Below are positions 11,256-19,765 of a stretch of DNA of 20,000 bases, in pieces. The position numbers were made by a program, and so were the translations under genes. Position 1 is the first letter of the stretch. Each line of letters opens with the position of its first letter. The notes beneath the pieces are model-generated. The model saw only the letters and a list, made by a program, of their open reading frames with translations, had not been told where the DNA came from and did no database searches. The stretch is from Sarea resinae (Eukaryota): assembly GCA_026026165.1 (NCBI GenBank), contig JAPEUD010000050.1, positions 172,281 through 192,280 of the forward strand, given 5' to 3'.

Positions 11256-12464
11256 ATGCCTCCACAGCTAGCTACGCGTCAACTGGGCAAGGACGGCCCC
11301 AAGGTCACTGCCATTGGCTTCGGCGCTATGGGTGAGTTGAGAGTACATATAGTCTTTGGAACCTAAGGGCAATGCAACTGACGAACATCTGAATGCAAGG
11401 CCTGAGCGCTTTCTACGGAAAAACTGCCTCGGACGAGGAACGGCTGAAGGTCTTCGATCGAGCTTACGAGCTGGGACAGACCTTCTGGGATAGCGCAGAT
11501 ATCTACGGCGACAGCGAGGATCTCATCGGAAAGTGGTTCAAGAAGACCGGCAAGCGGGACGAGATCTTCCTTGCCACCAAGTTCGCCAATGCTGTCAACC
11601 CCGACGGCTCTCGCAAAATCGACAGCAGTCCGGAGTACTGCAAAGCGGCCGCCGAGAAGAGCTTGAAGAGGCTCGGGATCAAGACCATTGACTTGTACTA
11701 TTGCCATCGTCTCGACCAGAAGACGCCTATCGAGAAGACCGTGCAGGCCATGGCGGATCTCAAGAAGTGAGTTGATTTCCATTCCTATAGTCATGCGAGT
11801 CATATCACTGACATCGTCGACAGGGAGGGCAAGATTCGATATCTGGGATTGAGTGAGTGCTCGGCTGAGTCGTTGCGTCGTGCATATGCCGTCCACCCGA
11901 TTGCCGCTGTGCAGATGGAGTACAGCCCCTTCTCGCTCGACATCGAAAGCCCCCAGACCAACCTCCTCAAAACCTGCCGTGAGCTCGGCGTGGCCGTCGT
12001 CGCTTATAGCCCTCTTGGACGTGGCTTCATGACCGGTCAGTACAAGGGCCCCGAAGACTTCGACGAGAATGACTTCCGCCGCGTGCAACCTCGCTTCTCC
12101 AAGGAGAACTTCCCCAAGAATCTCGAATTGGTTGAGAAGTTGAAGTCTATCGCCGAGAAGAAGGGCTGCACGGCTGGCCAGCTCACGCTGGCTTGGCTGC
12201 TGGCCCAGGGTGATGACATTCTTCCCATCCCTGGAACCAAGAAGGTCAAGTACGTCGAGGAGAACCTCGGCGCTCTCAATGTGACGTTGACCCCCGAGGA
12301 GGAGAAGAGCATCCGGCAATCGATTGAGAGCTGCGAGATTCACGGAAGCCGATATGCCCAAGTGTGAGCGTCCTCGAAGTCCGCGCATGTTCTGTCCGGC
12401 ATGATACTGACTTGATCGCAGTGCGGGTCTGTCTCTTTTCGCGGACACCCCTCCACTGCAGTAG
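11256..12464 (+). CDS. Aldo-keto reductase (YakC/plant auxin-induced-like AKR), 341 aa; exons 11256-11331, 11400-11766, 11824-12363, 12422-12464
   Basis: Starts with IGFGAMGLS and keeps the catalytic tetrad in WDSADIYG (D, Y), FLATKF (K) and LYYCHR (H). Also [38 protein letters not shown] and a C-terminal FADTPPL. Introns 11332-11399, 11767-11823 and 12364-12421 give 1026 nt in frame. Confidence 0.93.
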
Positions 12465-12670
12465 AGGCGAGCTGGGCTCAAAGCGTCAAGTGAGGAGCTA
12501 GCATATGTATGGCAACGTGCCTGGATGAATAGACATGCCCAAGGACACCTTCACGTAGCATGACAGAAAACCAAATTGCAAGCTCTCCAACATATCATCT
12601 CTTGTGCGCAAGTCACCTTGGAAGTCGTAGCAATCAAGGAGAGATGTCTCATGTATCATCCAGTTCATTA

Positions 12671-12726
12671 GGCTTATTGGATTGGATTCTTATTGGAAGG
12701 CTTATTGGATTGGATTTGGATTGGAT
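12671..12726. repeat. ATTGG/GGATT low-complexity array with an 18-bp direct repeat; contains six reverse CCAAT boxes
   Basis: GGCTTATTGGATTGGATT at 12671-12688 and 12699-12716; ATTGG at 12676, 12681, 12692, 12704, 12709 and 12720. Confidence 0.8.
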
Positions 12727-13081
12727 CCTACCTCACGATGCAGCCCCGAGGCGATGTAGTTTCGGGAAAATAATATTCCGGCCCATGTATCCCGTCAGGT
12801 CCTGGATCGTCCGTCCCAGCAGATTCGATGGATCTGAGATGGCGAGGGAGTACAGCATATACATAGTAGAGTGACTGTCTGCGTGGTGGATGAATTCGAG
12901 GACGGGGGCCCGTGGGGATGGAAGATATATTGAAGCAAATGATGGCAATCATCGATTCCGGCCTGACAACGTGATGTCGACCAGAGGCGTTGATGGATCC
13001 GGATCATTGATCACGGATCGATCTACGGCGGAGAATAAATATGCAAGGACGGCTGGCAGCACGGGTGGTCGCGCGACGGCC

Positions 13082-13090
13082 ATTGGCGGA
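13082..13090 (-). promoter_or_regulatory. Putative galacturonic-acid-responsive element (GARE, TCCNCCAAT) upstream of the repressor gene
   Basis: The + strand reads ATTGGCGGA, the reverse complement of TCCGCCAAT, about 495 bp upstream of ATG 13586. Confidence 0.5.
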
Positions 13091-13179
13091 GAAATATCGA
13101 AGGGGGGTGCCGCGAAGGGAAAGACAGGCGAAGAGTGGCCGATCTCCGTCCGTGTCGGCAATTTGGCGATGGGATGGGT

Positions 13180-13209
13180 GAGGGAGAGGGAGAGAGGGAG
13201 AGGGAGGAG
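13180..13209. repeat. GA-rich purine microsatellite
   Basis: The stretch reads gagggagaggggagagagggagagggaggag. Confidence 0.7.
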
Positions 13210-13398
13210 CTACGCAGGTCAAGCTAGGGAATTCATCATCATAATCTCCCTCATCCGCCCCCTCCCCATTGCCTCCACGCCGACCGAGACCGTATTATTG
13301 TCGACCATCATACGGAAAAAGCTACCAGCCACTTCCGATAGATCATCCGCTCGCTGGCCTTTGCGGGGAAAGGAAAGACAGAAAGAAACACCTCAAAG

Positions 13399-13450
13399 CC
13401 CTTTCGCCTTCTCAGCCTCCCTTCTCCCTCTTTCTTCTTCTCTTGCTCCG
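13399..13450 (+). promoter_or_regulatory. CT-rich (pyrimidine) core-promoter tract upstream of the repressor gene
   Basis: The tract ccctttcgccttctcagcctcccttctccctctttcttcttctcttgctccg lies 135-190 bp before ATG 13586. Such CT boxes commonly precede fungal transcription starts. Confidence 0.4.
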
Positions 13451-13585
13451 CCCAATCAACCTAGCGATGAGCTATCTCGTTGCGCATTCCCGTCAGCTGA
13501 ACACCTCGCGCCGTGTTCTCTCCGAGCTTCAACACCGGATCAACGGCTTCAACATCTACGGCTGAGCGCCTTGCTCCCACGACCG

Positions 13586-15646
13586 ATGACCGTACTGGAC
13601 GAAAAGCATTCCATTGCTTCTATTATGCGAAATGAACCCTCGCCGACCGACTGCCAGGTAGACTCTGGGACCGGAAGGAAGCCCGACCACCGCGCCGTTG
13701 TCGTCGTCTATGAGGATGGCCAAGAGGATATCATAGCTCTGGTGGCCGACGTCTTGGGGAAGCCGTCGCAGCTTGTGTCGACGATATCGGCGACGGAGGA
13801 GACAGGAAGCCCGGCCGTGTTCGGGATTGCGGGTGAATGCGCCAAAGACGGCCTGAGGGGACGAGCGAAAGACGTAGTCGTCGTTATCAATACTCGATGT
13901 ATGGATGCGCGCAATATTTCCGACAAGACTCTCTCCGACGAATGCGATTACGAGTTCCTGTATACGCATACGCCTTTCTTGCGAAGGGACCTGACGCGCT
14001 TTCTCTCCTTTGTCCTGGGGCAAAAGAATCATCACGATGACCTGTTGAAAAAGTCCAGAACGTCTTTCATCTCTACGACATTCCCTGATGTGCGCACAGC
14101 ATTATCCAATCTCGACATCCTTTCCGTCGGCTCGGATGCCGTGGAGATCAGGGTCGACCTGCTCCGAGAGCCCAAATGCGATGGCACCTTTAGTGCAGTG
14201 CCGAGCTTGGAGTACGTTGGAGAACAGGTCATGCTGCTTCGACAGCGTTCCGAACTCCCAATTATATTTACTACGAGGTGCACCAAAGAGAACGGTCGAT
14301 TTCCTATGGATAACCCAACCCTATACTATGACTATTTATACAAAGCTCTGCAGTGGGGATGCGAATACATTGATGTCGAATTGTGGCTGCCCGAGGATAT
14401 TAGGATGCGCCTGGCGGAGCAGAAGGGCTACAGCAAGATCATCTCCGCTTTCCATGACTTTTCAGGGAATTGGAAATGGTCGTCTCCAGAAGCACAGAGG
14501 ATCTTCAAAGAGCTAGCGAAATATGGCGATATCGCGAAGATGATTGCGCTAATCACGTCGATGAGTGAGAATTACGAGCTGGAGCTGTTCCGATCTGGCA
14601 TCAAGTCCAATTACGCTCATCCTCCCCTATCTGCCGTCAATATGGGTCCCATGGGACAAATGTCTCGAGCTCTCAATTATTTCTTCACGCCGGTCACACA
14701 TCCTCTCCTACCGATGATAGCCGCGCCAGGACAGCTGAGTGCAGCAGAGATCAACGATGCTCTCCGCATCATGGGCCAAATTCCCAAGCGAGATATCTTC
14801 GCCATAGGGACTTCTAGACCTACGCCTCAATCCGTGTTCTTTGAAAAGTGCTTCAACGAGCTGGGCGTACCGCACAGTTTCGCGTGCGTCGACCGCGGCC
14901 CAAAGGGTTCAGTGGAGGCTATCATCAAGAAACCTAACTTTGGCGGCGCCTACCTCAATCCACCACTGAGCAGTTCTTCCGCTCCTTATTTGCCTTCTTT
15001 AAGTAATGCTGCACGGTCTATCGGTCACATAGATACCATTACCATTCATGGCGATGAATGCGAGCAATGTCCCTCTCTGACTGGCCACAATGCCTCCTGG
15101 AAAGGTATCCGCGCGACGCTCACGAGAGACTTCGTCCCTTCGGCGTATCGAGGCCGGGCAGCGCTCGTCCTATCCAGCTCCGAAGTTGACGCTTCGGCGG
15201 CAATCTTTGCCCTGCAAGATCTCGCGGTTCAGCCCATTTACACGATCGGATTCAAGGCTCAGGGACCCTTGGCATCGATGTCGGCACTGGAACCATTGAC
15301 TTCTGTTGAAGATGCCTCAAAGATTGAACAGCCCTTTGCGCTCGTCTCGGCCCTACCGCCAGAGAAGTCCCATTTCGCAGTTCCTTTACTCAAATTCTTT
15401 AGTCAAACTAGTGGCAAGGCGCGCTCGCCCTCCCCTTCGGAGAAAATGACGGGAAGAGTCTTTGTAAATCTCGCGAAGGGATCGAGTAAGGGGGACCCCG
15501 GAGCTGTTGCTGCAACTACGGGCTGGACTGTGTATGGGAGCGACGAAGTGAGCGCTTGGACGACGGTCGAGATGATGAGGTTGTTGGTCGGGCAGAATGT
15601 GCCGTGGGATTTTGTGCGCATGGCTTCGGGAAGGTGCCTTTATTGA
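13586..15646 (+). CDS. gaaX: AROM-derived repressor-type protein (degenerate shikimate-kinase-like region, type I 3-dehydroquinase domain, degenerate shikimate dehydrogenase domain), 686 aa, intronless; probable GaaX orthologue
   Basis: Type I DHQase motifs AVEIRVD, PIIFTTR..ENG, YIDVEL, ISAFHDF, DIAK, NMGPMGQMSR and AAPGQL, followed by an SDH-like region (FGGAYLNPP, IGHIDT, GHNASWKGI). The domain order matches the C-terminal half of AROM, as in QutR/QA-1S, GaaX and TanX. It lies next to a Zn2Cys6 gene and has a GARE upstream. The start is set at the ATG after a CT-rich tract. The family call is strong; the gaaX orthology is inferred. Confidence 0.75.
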   Translation: MTVLDEKHSIASIMRNEPSPTDCQVDSGTGRKPDHRAVVVVYEDGQEDIIALVADVLGKPSQLVSTISATEETGSPAVFGIAGECAKDGLRGRAKDVVVVINTRCMDARNISDKTLSDECDYEFLYTHTPFLRRDLTRFLSFVLGQKNHHDDLLKKSRTSFISTTFPDVRTALSNLDILSVGSDAVEIRVDLLREPKCDGTFSAVPSLEYVGEQVMLLRQRSELPIIFTTRCTKENGRFPMDNPTLYYDYLYKALQWGCEYIDVELWLPEDIRMRLAEQKGYSKIISAFHDFSGNWKWSSPEAQRIFKELAKYGDIAKMIALITSMSENYELELFRSGIKSNYAHPPLSAVNMGPMGQMSRALNYFFTPVTHPLLPMIAAPGQLSAAEINDALRIMGQIPKRDIFAIGTSRPTPQSVFFEKCFNELGVPHSFACVDRGPKGSVEAIIKKPNFGGAYLNPPLSSSSAPYLPSLSNAARSIGHIDTITIHGDECEQCPSLTGHNASWKGIRATLTRDFVPSAYRGRAALVLSSSEVDASAAIFALQDLAVQPIYTIGFKAQGPLASMSALEPLTSVEDASKIEQPFALVSALPPEKSHFAVPLLKFFSQTSGKARSPSPSEKMTGRVFVNLAKGSSKGDPGAVAATTGWTVYGSDEVSAWTTVEMMRLLVGQNVPWDFVRMASGRCLY

Positions 15647-15890
15647 CTTGCTGTCTGTCTGTTGACTTTTACGGCGTCTTGATCTATACTCGGACGTATT
15701 TGGAAGCATGTTTTGAAGGCATGTTTCGCTCGATTGAGATCATCGGTAGAAGCATTGATTTGAGTAGCACTCCGTATATTGTCGGGTACACCAACTTTGC
15801 TACTTAAGGAGCAAATCTTCTCTCTAGCCCTTCGATCAGGTCGTCATTCTGCTCTCGACGGTCAACGATGACAATGGTCAACGTTGCCAG

Positions 15891-15899
15891 ATTGGTGGA
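15891..15899 (-). promoter_or_regulatory. Putative GARE (TCCNCCAAT) upstream of the Zn2Cys6 gene
   Basis: The + strand reads ATTGGTGGA, the reverse complement of TCCACCAAT, about 510 bp upstream of ATG 16411. Confidence 0.45.
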
Positions 15900-16410
15900 C
15901 GGGTCAACAAAGTATCATACATCATGTGCTTTGATTATCAAGAGAGACAGAGTCTTAGACCTCCGATGAGGTGATAAATTCTATTCCCCTTCCGGCAAGC
16001 CCGCGAGATGCAGACAGGGAAGGACATGACTGTACCGCGTGCACCGTATGTCTCTTGGGGGGTACGCCCGTACCCGTGGGTACCGTGCCTTCGATAGCCA
16101 CGCGATGGAAGCCGCTGATGTTCCATTCCCCCCCCGCTTTCGCGGTGGACACCAAGAATGAACTCGTTACGAGATGCGAGAACTACAACGAGTTATCTCA
16201 GGTACTAAACTGCGAAGAGTACTCGCACCCATGGCGCCAGTCTGATTCGACTGTCGCATTCGAGCATTGGACGCACATTGCCTCGTTTCAATTCCCCTGC
16301 CATCCTCCCCATCCTTCCCATGTCGTCCTTTTGGTTCTGGTGATGCTTCTTCTTCTTCCTGTATCGATGGAATTTCACATCCCCTGCCAGTCAATCGCTC
16401 CGAGTGCAGC

Positions 16411-19116
16411 ATGTCGAGCTCGCAGGTCGGTATTGAGCGGCTGCCAGCTCGATCGATGAGCAACGAACCCCGCGAATCGATGAACTGCAAGTCGTGTCGC
16501 AAGCGAAAGGTAAGAACGGGACCCTGCAGCAGCTGCCAAGGCGACTCGTCGCACGACGGCAAAGAGAGAGAGATTTGATCATTGACATCTCATCCAAGAT
16601 CAAATGCAATCGAATCCGGCCAGCCTGCAAGGCGTGCCAGGTCTTTGGCTGCTCGTGCATCTATGGTACGCATAAACACGTGCACCTTTCCATGTTCGGC
16701 ATCTCGACACCTCGACACGCCATGCTCATCCTCTTCCAGATGCCGTGCCGAAGAAACGAGGCCCGAAGACGGACGTGCTCGAGGCACTGTTGAAACGGGT
16801 CGACGGGCTCGAGAAGCGGCTACAAGAAGAGACGAAATCAGATGGACCGGGCGTTGGCGCCAGTGGGACAGCGAACGTCTCACCCAAGTCGGAAGATGTG
16901 GTTTCACAGCCAAGGGTGCAACATGGCCTGCCTGCTGAGAGCTTTCCTCTTCAGGCAAACCCTAAACAAAGGTGCGAATAAATCTTCATGTTGGCGATGG
17001 ATAGATGGATCTCCGAACTGATGGCCTTTCGTAGCGAGGATCCGAATACCAGCTCGGATATATCGCCGGACGACCTCTTTGATTCGTACTTTTCACACTT
17101 GCACGGGAAGCCATTGTACATTTTAGACGAACGGGTGGTCCGACAAGGCCATCAAACAAAACAGCTGCCATCTTGTCTTGCAATGGCCATCTATGCTCTC
17201 GGCGCACGGTGAGTAGAAGACGTTCATGGACGGAGCTTGACTGACATGTCCAGCTATGCCATGCATCCTGGAGGATATAGTGCCGCAGAGAGACTAAGCA
17301 GAGATTACGCACTGAGAGCGCGAAGCGAATTAGACCTGGATGATCCGACCATCGATAACCTACAGACTGCTCTCCTACTATCACTTACTTTCTTCGCCAT
17401 TGGACTGTGTAAAAAGGCATACATGGTGTTCGGTAGGTTTTGCTCTTTGGCCCAGTCAATGACCTCCACTGATAGACTCTAGCTACCGCTGCGGGAATGG
17501 CGATTGCGCTTGAACTCCATCGCGAGGTCTCTCCCAAAGCCGCAATGAATCCGACCGAGCGAGAGCTCCGACGAAATCTTTTCTGGGCGTGCTATACCAT
17601 GGATCGATTTCTGGCATGTGGTTCTAAAAGGCCCTCGTTGCTCGCCGACGAATCTATCACCCTGAGATTACCGACGTGGACACCCCATCCGACGGCCAGA
17701 CCTGTTGAGGGGGAGGTATTTTCAAACGGATCGAACCTTCAGTACTACTCCGCCTCCGGTAGAAAAGGACAAGGAGCTACTGGAATGCTTATCGACATCG
17801 TTCGGATTCTAGGCATTACGAATCGATACCTTGCCGCAGGAGGCGTGAAGGGGGACTCCCATTTTCCCTGGCATTCCCTCTCGAACCTCTCGAAAATAAG
17901 ACAAGATCTGGACCTCTGGGCGTCTGGGACCCAGGACATGTTCAGCTCTGTCGAAGCGTTGTTTGGCCAGGGGCAAAGCACCGTCCTGGTTTTCAGCAAA
18001 CTGATATACCATCTCATCCATTGTCTCATATACCGGCCTTTTCTCCCCATCGATCTAGCCGAGCTTTCGGGGACAGGGGAGCACCAGTCCTGGCAAATCG
18101 AAGCGACGAATCTATGTTTTCTTCATGCTAATGCCATCGCCGAGCTTGTGGAACTTGGCCGTAGCTCTCCAACAGTCGAATGGCCGTCCTTTGTTGGATA
18201 CTGCATCTTTACTGCCGCGACCGTGCACGTGCACGGAGCATGCTATCGTGGAGTGTCCAGCGAAGTTTTTACTTCTAGCAGCGAATTCTTAGGACGAGAA
18301 ATGAATCTGCTGTCGGAATTGGGGTGTCTGTGGCGCGGGGTGCGGCATCAAGGTACCACGCTGCAGAAGATATATGACTGCCATTCGCATATGGTCAAGA
18401 CACTGGCGAGCAATTCGATGCGCTTCTCCCCAATCTTCCATCTCGAAGACTTCTTTGAACGATATCCCGGCCAAGTCATTTGCGCGAGCCATTTAGAGCT
18501 GAGGGATGTGCAGGATGGAGATGGACAATTGGACGGATCTGGCCCGTATGCTGCAGTGGGGGTGGTTGGCGCTCCTTTGCAGCAGCAGCAGCAGCAGATA
18601 GGTGGTCCACTGTCATTCGATCCATCAATCATAGGCATCCAAGCCGGGCCTTCTCAACCAAACTCGATGCAGCCGCCTACTACGCAAGTTCGAAACGATG
18701 ACGACTCCAATTCCAACTCCAATGGCCCGTTTCAGCTAGACCAGGCATACAGCAGCAACGAGATGGCACCTCCCCAACCATTCTCACCTAGCTTTGACTT
18801 CTCACTGCCTTCAGGCTCTGCGGAGCCCCAAGGATCGTTCGACCCGATTTTTGGCATCTCCACCCCGTCTGCTACCTCGGCTCTCACCTTTGGCCAGCCG
18901 TCTAATTCGTCGACCTCGACGCAAGCCCAAGCCTCTTCAGCCAACACGACGTCGCCCAACGCTACCACGACCAGCACCAGCAACACGGACACAGACCTCG
19001 ACGGCACCGGCACCGGCGACCCTTTTCTTTCGCTGCTCGAGCAGCTGGCCGAGAACGAGTATTCTCAGGGTGAAGGGCCGAGCGAGTTGGACTTCTTCCT
19101 CGGCGGCCAGGAGTAG
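16411..19116 (+). CDS. gaaR: Zn(II)2Cys6 transcription factor with fungal-specific middle-homology domain and acidic C-terminal tail, 794 aa (alternative starts 16456 or 16480); probable GaaR/PDR-2 orthologue; exons 16411-16509, 16599-16665, 16740-16971, 17035-17208, 17254-17432, 17483-19116
   Basis: The spliced Zn cluster reads [28 protein letters not shown], followed by KKRGPK (NLS-like) and a coiled coil [15 protein letters not shown]. The middle domain has [22 protein letters not shown] and [17 protein letters not shown]. The tail is [20 protein letters not shown]. Five introns give 2385 nt in frame. The gaaR identity is inferred from adjacency to the AROM-like repressor and the GARE sites, not from an alignment. 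Confidence 0.75.
18580..18597 (+). repeat. (CAG)6 polyglutamine tract within the transcription factor
   Basis: Six consecutive CAG codons give QQQQQQ. Confidence 0.9.
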
Positions 19117-19357
19117 CTGTGGTTTCTGAAGGTTCACCTGTCGTTGGCTGGCTGGTGGCAGGCGCAGGACAGGTTGAATATGGCGCATATGGCTTGTTTG
19201 GTCTGATTGGTTTGATTCATCAGGGTTTTCTTTCTTCTAGGCTCGAGACCATCTTGGGATTTTGGATTGGATTCGATCGAATTGGCGGTACTTTTGGACC
19301 GGGCGGGGGAAAATTGATTATTTAGGTTCATCTAGACGAGGTATAGCTACGGGATAC

Positions 19358-19765
19358 GACAGGATAGGACAGGACAGGACAGGACAGGACAGGACCGTAC
19401 CGTACCGACAGCACTGAGAGGACAGGACAGGACAAAGGAAGGCAAGAAGATATAGGTGGACAGCGGCGACGGTGACGGCGACGGCGACGGCGGTATCGTG
19501 TTTTCAGCTAGCTAGCTAGGCAGTCTGCTGTTTCTCGTTTGGAAAGATGACGACTACGCTACATCCCGCATCTGAGATGTCTTGAGGATATTCGAGGATA
19601 TTCGAGATATGTACTAAAGGCAGGGAACGAATGTTATAGTGGCGCTTTATATCCACATACACGTATATCGATCTATCTATATCTATACGTGTATAATCTC
19701 TCTATCTTCTTCATATTGTATTCCTACCTTCCTACCTTCCTACCTTTCTACCTTTCTACCATCCT
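19358..19765. repeat. Microsatellite-rich intergenic region: (AGGAC)6, (CGTAC)2, (GACGGC)n, (CTAG)n, (GAGGATATTC)2, (TCTA)n, (TTCCTACC)n
   Basis: AGGAC x6 at 19366-19395, more GGACA units near 19420-19434, GACGGY units near 19465-19493, and ttcctacc/ttctacc units near 19721-19765. Confidence 0.85.

Noticed and set aside
11256..12464. Call as gaaD (L-glyceraldehyde reductase)
   Set aside because: The motifs (GFGAMGLS, YYCHR, EYSPF, FADTPPL) match the YakC-like AKR subfamily rather than the GCY1/AKR1-like enzymes (LGTW, YLIHWP) to which GaaD belongs.
11363..12481. 372-aa antisense ORF covering the aldo-keto reductase
   Set aside because: It is the mirror frame of a strongly codon-biased gene whose exons 2-3 avoid TTA, CTA and TCA codons, which keeps the antisense frame open. 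The translation has no recognisable domain.
12890..15646. 918-aa ORF taken as the true protein
   Set aside because: The first 232 aa translate microsatellite and CT-rich promoter-like DNA (RERERGRGR, SLLPLSSS). The family-like sequence fits a start at 13586. The open extension is kept only as a low-ranked finding.
13586..15646. Call as biosynthetic pentafunctional AROM (aro1)
   Set aside because: There are no DHQ synthase or EPSP synthase domains, no Walker A motif, and the SDH catalytic and NADP-binding motifs are lost.
19358..19765. Repeat arrays as CRISPR, telomere or transposon end
   Set aside because: They are simple 4-10 bp microsatellites with no spacers, no TTAGGG array and no terminal inverted repeats.
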